Source: Pseudomonadales bacterium (GTDB lineage Bacteria > Pseudomonadota > Gammaproteobacteria > Pseudomonadales > JAUIET01). From it: 64,000 nt of DNA. The stretch is taken from contig JBGCDE010000065.1 in NCBI GenBank assembly GCA_045105115.1, forward strand, positions 33,464 through 97,463, given 5' to 3'. A program made the position numbers and the translations under genes. How positions within the stretch are numbered: position 1 is the stretch's first letter; the number at the start of each line of letters is the position of its first letter. Shown piece after piece: positions 8,027-17,678 of this stretch. The notes beneath the pieces are model-generated. The model had not been told where the DNA came from and did not search any database. It saw only the letters and a list, made by a program, of their open reading frames with translations.

Positions 8027-9299
8027 CTTTCGTCTCCAGTCCGGAATACATTGCGCCACTGCCAAGTCGTTTGGCAATGCTAGGGTTTTCAACATAGTCA
8101 CTATTAAAAGGCAACATATCGCATGCCTGTACGCGATAGTCGCGAATGTTCTCGGTCTCCTCGCGAAGGAATCGATCTACGGCGAGCTCGAAATCTTCAT
8201 CAGCCAGCCAGTGACAAGAATGAGTAAAGACCGGCACAAACCCGCGTTGAATTTTGTGTTGACCCTGCGCACCTGGGTCAAAGTGCTGAAGCTTATGCTT
8301 GATGCAATAATCAATGCCCTGGTAGTAGCAGGCCTCAAAATGCAGATATTCAAATTCTTCAGCGCAGCCCCAATAGCGACCGTACAGTGTGTGTTCGTCC
8401 TTAAAACATAGCGCCGCGCCAACCGCTTGCTGGTCGCGGCTTGCCATAACCATCACCAGTTGGTCGGGCATACTCTTTGCGATCAGTTCGAAAAACTCGC
8501 GATTCAAATACCCGGCTCCACCACGCTTGTAATAAGTCATGTGGTAAAACTGATAAAAGTCTTCCCAATGCCTTTGCTGAATATCAAAGCCGCTAAGTTG
8601 CTGTAGCTCTATGCCTTGCTCGGCCACACGCTTACGTTCTTTGCGTAAGTTCTTGCGCTTGCGTGATGCAAAGCTTGCAAGAAACTCGTCAAAATCTTCG
8701 AAATCATCATTGAACCAGTGATACTGACAATCAAGCCTTCGCAGCAAACCTTGATCGCCTAATTGGGTGGCTTGCTTGTCATCAGGGAACAAAACATGCC
8801 AGGACGATGCGTTGATGCTGCTTGCCAGCTGCTTAAATTTCTCAAAAATAAGAGTTGGCAGTTCGGTATTTTCTTGTTCCGATGCACAGCATAGAAAACG
8901 CTTGCCGGTGACAGGAGAGAATGGAACAGCGGTTAAAATTTTCGGGTAGTAGTCACGGCCCGCGCGTTGATATGCGTTTGCCCAGCTCCAGTCGAAAACA
9001 TACTCGCCATAACTGTGCGACTTCACGTACGCTGGCATTGCGGCCACTAAAGTTTGTTGATCGTCAAAGACAGCGGCATGGCAGGCTTGCCAGCCAGTGT
9101 CTGTGCACACCGAGCCGCTGGCTTCCATAGCATGCAGAAATTCGTGCCGCGTGAATGGAGAGTTCTCGCTATTCAGTGCATTCCATTGCTCAGCGGAAAC
9201 CTGATCAATGCTGCCCAGCAGTTCTACGGTGTACTTAATTGAGGCGCTGATAGTGCTTGTCTTCTTACCTGTTTTTCTTGCCTGTTCGTCGCTGACTAT
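8010..9299 (-). CDS. GNAT / FemAB-like N-acetyltransferase (DUF482); start codon non-canonical or uncertain
   Basis: KSHSYGEYVFDWSWA, YYPKILTAVPFSPVTG, LYGRYWG, LHFEACYYQGIDYCI motifs. Family-like sequence continues upstream of the first ATG (9128) in an open frame. Confidence 0.85.
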   Translation of the reverse strand: MVSDEQARKTGKKTSTISASIKYTVELLGSIDQVSAEQWNALNSENSPFTRHEFLHAMEASGSVCTDTGWQACHAAVFDDQQTLVAAMPAYVKSHSYGEYVFDWSWANAYQRAGRDYYPKILTAVPFSPVTGKRFLCCASEQENTELPTLIFEKFKQLASSINASSWHVLFPDDKQATQLGDQGLLRRLDCQYHWFNDDFEDFDEFLASFASRKRKNLRKERKRVAEQGIELQQLSGFDIQQRHWEDFYQFYHMTYYKRGGAGYLNREFFELIAKSMPDQLVMVMASRDQQAVGAALCFKDEHTLYGRYWGCAEEFEYLHFEACYYQGIDYCIKHKLQHFDPGAQGQHKIQRGFVPVFTHSCHWLADEDFELAVDRFLREETENIRDYRVQACDMLPFNSDYVENPSIAKRLGSGAMYSGLETKVGKDL

Positions 9300-9754
9300 T
9301 CTGACGTTCCACCAGCGGGGGGTTCACCATCAAAGCGCCCACCGTATAACGTAGGTGAAGAAGTCTGTTGCGGATGAATTGTGATAATCACTCGCTCTGC
9401 TTCGGGCGGGTCCATGTCTGCGGGAGGTGGCTCGCCATAGGCGTGCATAAATTGTTTGTGTACCAGTGTTGCGTCCGGGTCGTCTTCTACACTGGCAACA
9501 CCGCGGACCTCGAGATAATCCATGACGTCACTGGTGGACAGCACGCAAAAAGATACCCGGGGGTCAGCAACAATGTTCTTGTACTTCATCCGGCTTTTCA
9601 GCGTTGTAATTTTCAGGTAGCCATCTTCCCAGGTGTAGCTGACCGGGTTACTCGATAACAAACCATCTTTTTGTCGGATTGTACTCAACACCCCGAACAT
9701 ATGGTTTTCCAGCAACTCGTGTTTGTGTTTCGGGATGCTAATTTCATCATTCAC
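9296..9754 (-). CDS. Pyridoxamine 5'-phosphate oxidase-like split-barrel protein (PPOX class, possibly F420-dependent)
   Basis: GVLSTIRQKDG..SNPVSY, SRMKYKNIVADPRVSFCV, YLEVRGVA, ERVIITIHP; GTG start with AGGAAGGAG RBS. Confidence 0.8.
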   Translation of the reverse strand: MNDEISIPKHKHELLENHMFGVLSTIRQKDGLLSSNPVSYTWEDGYLKITTLKSRMKYKNIVADPRVSFCVLSTSDVMDYLEVRGVASVEDDPDATLVHKQFMHAYGEPPPADMDPPEAERVIITIHPQQTSSPTLYGGRFDGEPPAGGTSE

Positions 9755-9784
9755 TGTGTGTCTCCTTCCTAACGGTAAGACGAA

Positions 9785-10681
9785 TTAGAACAATGCCAGA
9801 TCAATTGCCAGCCCTGCGAACCAACAGGCGCCTATCCAATGATTGTTCAAAAACGCCTGAAAGCACTTTTCGGGCTTTCTATCCTCGGTGATTTGATACT
9901 GTCTTGCAAATAACACTATGGACAGCAATAGACCTAGATAGAATGGCCAATGCAATTGGGCGAGTTGCGCAAACACTACTAGCAACAACAAAGTACTGGC
10001 CTGCAATACTGCAATCGCGAAGCGATCGTAGCGTCCAAGCAGGACCGCGGTGGATTTGATACCCACTTTCAAATCGTCTTTTCGGTCAACCATGGCGTAG
10101 TAGGTGTCATACGCGGTAGTCCAAAGTACGTTAGCGCAAAACAAAACCCAAGCCAGAGTCGGCAGGTTCTGCGCCTCAGCGGTGAACGCCATCGGAATGC
10201 CGAACGAAAATGCGACACCAAGCACCAGCTGCGGTAGCTGGGTGATGCGCTTCATCAAGGGGTAGCAGCAGGCTACTGCCAGTGCGCCAAAAGACAGCAT
10301 AATGGTTGGCTGATTGGTCTGCAGTACCAACAAGAAGGCCAGCGTGACCAGTGCTGCGAACAGGCCTAGGGCCTCTTCAGGGCTTGCTTCACCCGTGGCG
10401 AGCGGGCGTGCGGTCGTTCTTTCCACCGCACCGTCCCAATGCCGATCAAAGTAATCATTGATGACACAGCCAGCTGAGCGCATAAGAAAGGTACCGCAGC
10501 CGAAAATCAGCAAATTCTTCACGCTGGGAAAGCCGCCAGCAGCTACCCAAAGTGCCATCATGGTGGGCCATAGCAGCAGCCAGGTGCCTATTGGTCGGTC
10601 GGCACGCATTAATCGCCAGTAGATATTTAGCTTGCTGCGCGGCGCTGGGTCCATTGCAGATGGTGAATTGATTGCTGACAC
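9785..10681 (-). CDS. ubiA: 4-hydroxybenzoate octaprenyltransferase
   Basis: [52 protein letters not shown]. Confidence 0.96.
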   Translation of the reverse strand: MSAINSPSAMDPAPRSKLNIYWRLMRADRPIGTWLLLWPTMMALWVAAGGFPSVKNLLIFGCGTFLMRSAGCVINDYFDRHWDGAVERTTARPLATGEASPEEALGLFAALVTLAFLLVLQTNQPTIMLSFGALAVACCYPLMKRITQLPQLVLGVAFSFGIPMAFTAEAQNLPTLAWVLFCANVLWTTAYDTYYAMVDRKDDLKVGIKSTAVLLGRYDRFAIAVLQASTLLLLVVFAQLAQLHWPFYLGLLLSIVLFARQYQITEDRKPEKCFQAFLNNHWIGACWFAGLAIDLALF

Positions 10682-10749
10682 TCCCTTACCGGTCTAAAAT
10701 AGCGGGTTAACATGCGCAATAGTAACGGTATGCGCCGCAAAGAGGTAGG

Positions 10750-12123
10750 ATGATGAAAAAGTGGGAATGTATTGTCTGTGGCTGGGTTTATGACGAAGCC
10801 AAAGGGTGGCCTGAAGACGGCATAGAGCCGGGTACACCTTGGGAAGATGTTCCAGAGGACTGGTTGTGTCCGGATTGTGGGGTTGGTAAGGAAGACTTCG
10901 AAATGATCGAAGTCACCGAAACCGCAGAGGTTCCCCATCATGACGACGACGAACCAGCTGATATAGCCCGCCCCGTGGTCATTATTGGTACTGGTTTGGC
11001 AGGCTATAACCTCGCCAGAGAGTTTCGAAAACATGACCAGGACACTCAGCTGATATTGATTACAGCGGACGATGGCCGCTCGTATTCAAAGCCAATGCTG
11101 TCCACGGGCTTCACTAAAGACACCACTGCTGACGACCTTGCAATGGCCGATGCGGGCAAAATGGCACAGCAGCTGAAGGCCAGTGTGTGGACGTTTGCCA
11201 ATGTAACGCACATTGATACGGCCAATCAGCAACTCAGCGTCGGTGAGTCCACCACGGTCAATTACAGCAAGCTGGTGCTGGCCTGGGGCGCTGATGTTAT
11301 CCGTCCGCCGCTAGAAGGTGATGGGCTGGATATGGTCTATTCAGTGAATGATCTGTTGGACTACGACGACTTCAGAACCGCGGTTAAGAAGAGTGAGGCC
11401 AAGAAATTACTGATTATTGGCAGTGGCTTGATTGGCAGTGAATTTACCAATGATCTGGCCAATGGTGGCTTTCAGATAGAAGCCGTAGACCCGTTGGGCT
11501 ACAGCCTGCCAACCTTGCTGCCAGAAGTGGCTGGCAAAGCGGTGCAAAACGCATTGGAAAGCATGGGTGCTACGTTCCATTTTGGTCGATTGGTTAAGGC
11601 CATCAATAAACACCCTGACGGTGGAGTGGTTGGCATTCTGGATGATGGCTCTGAAATCCGAGCGGATCTAGCTGTGTCGGCTGTTGGCGTGCGACCGCGA
11701 ATCGACCTTGCAAGTGCCGCTGGAATCAAATGTAACCGCGGTATTGTTGCCAACAAATTGTTGGAGACCAGTGCGGCGAATGTCTATACGCTGGGCGATT
11801 GCGCCGAGGTGGAAGGCCATGTGTTGTTTTATGTGGCGCCACTGATGGCATCGGCCCGAGCCTTGGGCAAAACCTTGGCCGGCGAGGCCACCGAAGTGGC
11901 GTATCCAGCTATGCCGGTGACCATAAAAACACCAGCGTGCCCCGTGGTTGTATCCCCGCCAGAGCGAGATGCAGAAGGTGAATGGACTATTGATGCGGAC
12001 GGCGAAGATGTCGTTGCTCAATTCAAAGACCCTGCAGGAAATTTGCTGGGCTTTGCGCTGACAGGGCCAAAAGGCACCAAAGAGAAATTGCGCCTACAGA
12101 AGATGTTACCCGCAATTTTTTAA
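10750..12123 (+). CDS. Rubredoxin::rubredoxin-NAD(+) reductase fusion
   Basis: N-terminal CIVCG...WLCPDCG rubredoxin, acidic linker, then IIGTGLAG / YSKPMLS / [10 protein letters not shown] / LGDCAEV / [11 protein letters not shown] reductase motifs in one frame. Confidence 0.93.
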   Translation: MMKKWECIVCGWVYDEAKGWPEDGIEPGTPWEDVPEDWLCPDCGVGKEDFEMIEVTETAEVPHHDDDEPADIARPVVIIGTGLAGYNLAREFRKHDQDTQLILITADDGRSYSKPMLSTGFTKDTTADDLAMADAGKMAQQLKASVWTFANVTHIDTANQQLSVGESTTVNYSKLVLAWGADVIRPPLEGDGLDMVYSVNDLLDYDDFRTAVKKSEAKKLLIIGSGLIGSEFTNDLANGGFQIEAVDPLGYSLPTLLPEVAGKAVQNALESMGATFHFGRLVKAINKHPDGGVVGILDDGSEIRADLAVSAVGVRPRIDLASAAGIKCNRGIVANKLLETSAANVYTLGDCAEVEGHVLFYVAPLMASARALGKTLAGEATEVAYPAMPVTIKTPACPVVVSPPERDAEGEWTIDADGEDVVAQFKDPAGNLLGFALTGPKGTKEKLRLQKMLPAIF

Positions 12124-12138
12124 GCGCTGGCACTGGCT

Positions 12139-12166
12139 GGGTTAATCAGATGATTGGCCCGCTTTT
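12139..12166 (+). terminator. Possible intrinsic terminator
   Basis: GGGTTAATC-AGAT-GATTGGCCC (2 G-U) followed by GCTTTT. Confidence 0.35.
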
Positions 12167-12185
12167 CTAACACAGAGGCGAAAGC

Positions 12186-13481
12186 ATGAGTCTGACAGCA
12201 CGAATTCTGATCGCCATGCTGGCGGGGCTGGTGGTTGGTATCACCCTACACTTCGCAATGGCCGGCTTGGGCCCAGAGAGTGCGAGCGCCCAATTTATTG
12301 CTACTTACATCACTGGCGGTTTGTTTGATGTGATCGGCAAAGTATTCATTGCCGCGCTGAAAGTGTTAGTAGTGCCTATGGTGTTCGTATCCTTGGTTTG
12401 TGGCAGCAGCGGGCTTGGTTCAGAAAATTCGCGTATGGGTGCTATTGCAGGCAAATCGCTGGGTCTGTATATGTTCACCACGGCAATTGCTATTACTCTG
12501 GCACTGACTGCCGCGTTGCTGATTCAGCCTGGCGAAGGCATTGCACTGCAAACAGATAGCAACTATGTAGCCAAAGAAGCACCGTCATTAAAACAGGTGC
12601 TGATCAACATATTCCCAAGCAATCCTGTGCAAGCGATGGCGGACGGCAATATGCTGCAGATCATAGTGTTTGCTTTGTTGTTCGGTATTGCCGTTAGTAA
12701 AGCGGGCGAGCAAGGCGCGCGCATTCGGTCTTTCTTCGATGATATGAATGAAGTAATTATGAGCATGGTCGATATTCTGATGACCATGGCTCCGTACGGT
12801 GTGTTCTGTCTGCTGGCGGCTTTGTTTGCTGATATTGGCATAGATATTCTGGGCACGCTGGCCTGGTACTTCATGACCGTAGCCGGTGTGTTAATTCTGC
12901 ACGCGGCACTTGTGTATGGCGGCCTGGTAACAGTGTTAGCACGGTTGAACCCCGTGACTTTCTTGCTGAAAATGCGCCCAGTGCAACTGTTTGCATTCAG
13001 TACTGCGTCAAGTAATGCGACCATGCCAATCACCATGAGTGTGGCAGAGCACCGCTTGGGGGCGAACAATTCGGTAGCCTCGTTTACGATTCCTTTGGGT
13101 GCGACGATTAATATGGACGGCACCGCGATTATGCAAGGCGTGGCAACGGTGTTTATTTCGCAAGCCTACGGCATTGATATCGGCATGAGTGGCTATCTTG
13201 CGGTGATTGCCACCGCAACACTGGCTTCCATTGGAACGGCGGGTGTGCCGGGTGTGGGTCTCATTATGCTGGCCATGGTGCTGCAACAAGTTAATCTGCC
13301 TGTCGAAGGCATTGCGCTCATTATTGGTGTTGACCGATTGTTGGATATGTTACGCACAGCGGTGAATGTCACGGGTGACGCGGCAGTGACCTGCGTGGTG
13401 GCGCAGTCGGAAGGTGCATTGGACACCGATATCTTCAATACGCCTACGGATGAGTTGCTAGCCGCAGAGCAAGCTCGCTAG
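12186..13481 (+). CDS. Dicarboxylate/amino acid:cation symporter (GltP/DctA family)
   Basis: AFSTASSNATMP, PLGATINMDGTA, ASIGTAGVPG, GVDRLLDMLRTAVNVTGD. Confidence 0.95.
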   Translation: MSLTARILIAMLAGLVVGITLHFAMAGLGPESASAQFIATYITGGLFDVIGKVFIAALKVLVVPMVFVSLVCGSSGLGSENSRMGAIAGKSLGLYMFTTAIAITLALTAALLIQPGEGIALQTDSNYVAKEAPSLKQVLINIFPSNPVQAMADGNMLQIIVFALLFGIAVSKAGEQGARIRSFFDDMNEVIMSMVDILMTMAPYGVFCLLAALFADIGIDILGTLAWYFMTVAGVLILHAALVYGGLVTVLARLNPVTFLLKMRPVQLFAFSTASSNATMPITMSVAEHRLGANNSVASFTIPLGATINMDGTAIMQGVATVFISQAYGIDIGMSGYLAVIATATLASIGTAGVPGVGLIMLAMVLQQVNLPVEGIALIIGVDRLLDMLRTAVNVTGDAAVTCVVAQSEGALDTDIFNTPTDELLAAEQAR

Positions 13482-13489
13482 TCAATATA

Positions 13490-14287
13490 ATGCTGCGTAT
13501 TCTTGCTTTCTTCGCATTGCTGCTACCGGCAAGCGCTCAAGCAGCAACACTTGAAGACGTTCAGTTATTGCTGCTACGTTCAGGGCTTGATGCGGCGGTC
13601 AGACAGTTAGACTTGGCGTATGACATCAATCTTCGTAGACAATCGAATACTTACGAACTCAGTGTTGGGCAGCGCGATCAACTTGAATCAGCGATGTTTG
13701 TTTATCGCGGTGAACAATTACTTGAAGAACTTGCGCAAACGCTTGTCGGTGAATTCGAGCAGCAAGCTGTGCAACCAATCAAGTCCGCGATGGAGCACGA
13801 ACTGCTTGAGAAATTTCGCCGCTTTGAGCGTATAGGCAATTCAGCTGGCCAGCGACAAAAGCTTGAAGACTATGTTGCTGAAGCTACGCTAGAGCCGCTG
13901 CGAATTGATTTGCTACGCGCTTGTCATGAAGCAGATTACGGACCGATCGTGGCCGCTATAATCCAATCGTTCGCCGAAGTGGATTCAGCGGTCGCACTAG
14001 ACCGTATCAGTGGTGAGCGATTTACGGCGAATGACTATGAGGGCATAAAACTGTGGCGTAGTGAGCTTGAAGGCTTGTACGCAGAACATTATTTAACGGG
14101 TGCAGATCCATACCTGGCGTATACCTACCGTTTTGTTCGTGACGAACAATTGCAACAGTACGCCGAAATTTGGCAAGACCGTAACGTAAAGTGGTTCATG
14201 GATACCTCGCTTTTGCAGCTTAGGGTACTGTTACAAGCTAAAAGGCAGAGTATGATTGCCTCTCTGGATATTGAACAACAAGAATAA
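13490..14287 (+). CDS. Exported hypothetical protein (DUF2059-like helical protein)
   Basis: Signal peptide MLRILAFFALLLPASAQA; C-terminal YTYRFVRDEQLQQYAE; operonic spacing. Confidence 0.65.
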   Translation: MLRILAFFALLLPASAQAATLEDVQLLLLRSGLDAAVRQLDLAYDINLRRQSNTYELSVGQRDQLESAMFVYRGEQLLEELAQTLVGEFEQQAVQPIKSAMEHELLEKFRRFERIGNSAGQRQKLEDYVAEATLEPLRIDLLRACHEADYGPIVAAIIQSFAEVDSAVALDRISGERFTANDYEGIKLWRSELEGLYAEHYLTGADPYLAYTYRFVRDEQLQQYAEIWQDRNVKWFMDTSLLQLRVLLQAKRQSMIASLDIEQQE

Positions 14288-14314
14288 TATCCAACTCAGC
14301 TGAAGGAGCAGCTT

Positions 14315-16573
14315 ATGAAAAACGCTATTCAAAGTAAGTATCGCCAAGTAAAGATTGGGCCTGATGCTCTGGGCTGGTCTTCCTGGGTCAAGGCATTGTT
14401 GTTGCTGGGCTTCTTTTCCCTCGTTCTGGCGCTGTTGCCAACCACATTGGTCTTGTTGGCAGGAAAAATATACCAACACGCTGATCGTGATGAACATCGC
14501 GGTGCAATGGCTGTTATGAATGCAGCGCTGGATGATGATCATGATGTTCCACGCTATTTGGAGCAAGGTTGGGGTCGAGCAGATAGCTTGTGGTTTTATA
14601 ACGTTACCCAGGGATCTAACGTAATACCTTACGACTTTTTTCTGGAACTGGAACAAGTAGACTCTACGGCAAAGGCGGTCAGCCTGTTTCGTGATAATCA
14701 AAACATGGACAAGTTTCGCTATCTATTGCAGAAGCCAACTCTGTTCAATCCAAATGGGCTGCCAGTGGGTTTTGTTAAAGACAAATACCAGAGCAAAGAC
14801 TACCTTGGGTTTAATTGTGCAACCTGCCATACCGGGCAAATAAACTTTGAAGGTATGTCGGTGCGCATTGATGGCGGTCCAGCAATGGCTGACCTGGATG
14901 GTTTTCTTGAAAGTCTATACAAAGCGATGCAAAGCACTCTGTCTGATCCTGCGAAGAAGCAGCGATTTCTAAACGCTGTGCTTGAGCGGAATGGTTTTTG
15001 GCGTGCTGTCAGTGGCGGCCGTAGCTACACAAGCGAGGAAGAAATAGAACAGGACTTGCGTATCTGGACGGAGCGAACACGTCAGTACAACCAAATCAAT
15101 CAGTCAACGCACGCTTATGGCTACGCTCGCCTAGACGCTTTTGGAAGAATTTATAATCGCGTACTGCAACACGTAATCAACAAGCGCCAGGCCAGTGAAT
15201 TATTGGCCCTTGCCGTTAATAAAGCCGAGCAGCGTTTGCTCACAGACGAACAAATTGAGTATGTTCTAAGCGAACATAACGAAACAATTTTTGGGAGGGT
15301 CGGTTTTGAGAGCATGGTTAGTAATCTCAGGCGTGCTGATTCAGACTATCCAGGTCTAACTGAAGCGGAAGTTGAATCGGCAATGCGGCATTTTTTCAAT
15401 GAAGCTAATGCGCCAGTTAGTTACCCATATTTATGGGATGTGGCGCAAACAGATTACGTGCAATGGAACGGGCTGCAGTCTAATGCAGGTGTTGGTGCTT
15501 TGGGTCGCAATACCGGACAGGTTATCGGCGTTTTTGCGAGTCTTGACTGGACAGAGGAAAAATCCTGGTTCAGAGGCTGGAGCTTATCGGCACTAATCAG
15601 TGGTCAAAAAGTGAAACGTCACCGCATTGATTTTCAGTCTTCGGTTGATGGCGTAAATCTGTCACGCATGGAAGGTACGCTTAAGAGCCTGAAGTCGCCG
15701 TTGTGGCGAGAAGCGTTTCCAGAAGATGTTGTAGCTATTAATGCGAGTTATGCGATTGATGAAGAGAAGGTGTCACGCGGTAAAGTTCACTATTTGAAAT
15801 ACTGTGTGTCGTGCCATGAACTGATTGATCGTGATGCCTGGGATCGCAAAATTACCTCAAAAATGCTGCGCCTTGACAAGCTGGGCACCGATCAAACCAT
15901 GGCCATGAATGCTACCCGATACCTTGGTCGTTCAGGCAATATTGGTCAAACCTATCAGGGTACCGATGTGGGTCAGGTGGTCATTGGAAACACCGCACCT
16001 GTGCGACAAATTCTCACTGCGGTTACAGCCGGCGTGATTGGTACCCCTGATCGCGACAAAGGAGTAGTTCGCCGAGTTGCAGATCAGGCGTATATGCTTG
16101 GCGCGTCGTTTTTTAACAATGATCTGGAGGCAAGCGTTAAAACCGGTGAATACGAGCCGGATACTACCGCAGATACTTACGCGTCTCTGCGAGCCTATAA
16201 AGCGCGGCCACTGAATGGCGTCTGGGCTACTGCGCCTTATTTACACAACGGATCAGTGCCCAGCTTATACGACTTGCTATTGCCGGAGCATCTCGAAGGT
16301 GAGCGCGCCAATGGTGAAGTGTGTGATGGTAAAGTACGCCCCGAATCTTTTTTGGTCGGTAGTCGCGAGTTTGATCCGTTGAAGGTTGGATTCAAGCAGG
16401 ATGACTATCAAGCCGATACAGGGTTCATTTTTGATACTGGATTGCCAGGCAATAGCAATAGTGGGCATGAGTACGCTGCCGGCTTTACTCCCGGGATGGG
16501 TACCGACCAGCCACTCACGATGCTCTGTGAAAACGAGCGCCTGGAGCTGCTGGAGTTTTTGAAAACGCTGTAG
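14315..16573 (+). CDS. Large dihaem c-type cytochrome, RoxA/RoxB / di-haem peroxidase-like
   Basis: Two CxxCH motifs (CATCH, CVSCH), MauG-like YKARPLNGVWATAPYLHNGSVP, GNSNSGHEY, N-terminal TM/signal; AAGGAG RBS. Confidence 0.85.
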   Translation: MKNAIQSKYRQVKIGPDALGWSSWVKALLLLGFFSLVLALLPTTLVLLAGKIYQHADRDEHRGAMAVMNAALDDDHDVPRYLEQGWGRADSLWFYNVTQGSNVIPYDFFLELEQVDSTAKAVSLFRDNQNMDKFRYLLQKPTLFNPNGLPVGFVKDKYQSKDYLGFNCATCHTGQINFEGMSVRIDGGPAMADLDGFLESLYKAMQSTLSDPAKKQRFLNAVLERNGFWRAVSGGRSYTSEEEIEQDLRIWTERTRQYNQINQSTHAYGYARLDAFGRIYNRVLQHVINKRQASELLALAVNKAEQRLLTDEQIEYVLSEHNETIFGRVGFESMVSNLRRADSDYPGLTEAEVESAMRHFFNEANAPVSYPYLWDVAQTDYVQWNGLQSNAGVGALGRNTGQVIGVFASLDWTEEKSWFRGWSLSALISGQKVKRHRIDFQSSVDGVNLSRMEGTLKSLKSPLWREAFPEDVVAINASYAIDEEKVSRGKVHYLKYCVSCHELIDRDAWDRKITSKMLRLDKLGTDQTMAMNATRYLGRSGNIGQTYQGTDVGQVVIGNTAPVRQILTAVTAGVIGTPDRDKGVVRRVADQAYMLGASFFNNDLEASVKTGEYEPDTTADTYASLRAYKARPLNGVWATAPYLHNGSVPSLYDLLLPEHLEGERANGEVCDGKVRPESFLVGSREFDPLKVGFKQDDYQADTGFIFDTGLPGNSNSGHEYAAGFTPGMGTDQPLTMLCENERLELLEFLKTL

Positions 16574-16603
16574 TTAGTCGATCTCGATCGTTGGGCCGCT
16601 GAG

Positions 16604-17605
16604 CTAACGGTCGCGCAACATTTTCCAGTACTCGCTTAGCCGAGACTCCGGGTCATCGCGATGTGTTCGGTACTTTGCGAACTCGGAAGCCCCAGCATTC
16701 TGGTCAAGCTCTATCCCCCATAAGGGTTCAACTTCATTTGGTAACATCGAATAACGGATATCAATTACTTCATTGGGGTTGTTCGGGTGCAATGCTACAT
16801 AGCCGTCAGAAAACCAAGTGAAGCGTTGTAAATCCTTTCGCTGCTGGGAATCCTGTTGAAGCCAGGGCAAGTCTCTGTCAGGGTTTAACTTAGCGATAGA
16901 ATCACCGGTAATCCATTGGGTATCGACACCTACTCGAACTGCATCGACATAAAAGCGATCACCAGTGCTGTAAATGGATTTGAACAATAGCAGGTTTGCA
17001 AAACCCGGTTTTACTTCCAGGCGCACTGGTTTATGGCCACGACTTTCCGCTAGCGCTGTGGCTGTGTTTAAAGCGCGCTCATGCTGCCACCAGCCAATGC
17101 ACAAATAAGCGATAGACCAACTCAGCGCAGCACGAGCTGGCCAGGGACTTTGTTTGCGAAGCGACACAAAAAGTAATACAAGAACCGGCACGGTAAGCAG
17201 TGGGTCTATGATTGAAATAGTATCCCAGGCGTAGCGTTTGTCTGAAAATGGCCACAGCAATAAGGTGCCATACGAAGTGCAGCTATCCAGTAAGCCATGC
17301 GTCGCATAGCCCAGCGTGCAGTACAGAAGTAAATTCCTGAATGGCCATTGTCGTCGCTTACCAAATGCGAAGAAGACAAACGCGGCGACAATAAGACCTC
17401 CGACCGGAATAAAAATTAGCGAGTGAGTAAAATGCCGATGATATTCAAGAAACATCAAAGGGTCAGCGCTAGAGCGAATCAGCACGTCCAGGTCGGCGGC
17501 CATTCCCGCTAGCCAACCGGCAAGCATTGCAATACCGACTCGGCCTGGTTGTGCGCTGCTTTGTGCGGCAGCGGCACCGAATGCGCCCTGAGTAATTGGG
17601 TCCAT
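16604..17605 (-). CDS. Inner-membrane metal-dependent hydrolase (YdjM/YbcI family)
   Basis: MDPITQG, ADLDV, HRHFTHS, THGLLDSCTSYGT, SIIDP motifs. Confidence 0.88.
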   Translation of the reverse strand: MDPITQGAFGAAAAQSSAQPGRVGIAMLAGWLAGMAADLDVLIRSSADPLMFLEYHRHFTHSLIFIPVGGLIVAAFVFFAFGKRRQWPFRNLLLYCTLGYATHGLLDSCTSYGTLLLWPFSDKRYAWDTISIIDPLLTVPVLVLLFVSLRKQSPWPARAALSWSIAYLCIGWWQHERALNTATALAESRGHKPVRLEVKPGFANLLLFKSIYSTGDRFYVDAVRVGVDTQWITGDSIAKLNPDRDLPWLQQDSQQRKDLQRFTWFSDGYVALHPNNPNEVIDIRYSMLPNEVEPLWGIELDQNAGASEFAKYRTHRDDPESRLSEYWKMLRDR

Positions 17606-17678
17606 CTTGATACGAAACTCTGTATACGACAATTGCTTATGTTACATTCGCCGTGCCGCACAACGTAGCGAAAAAAGT

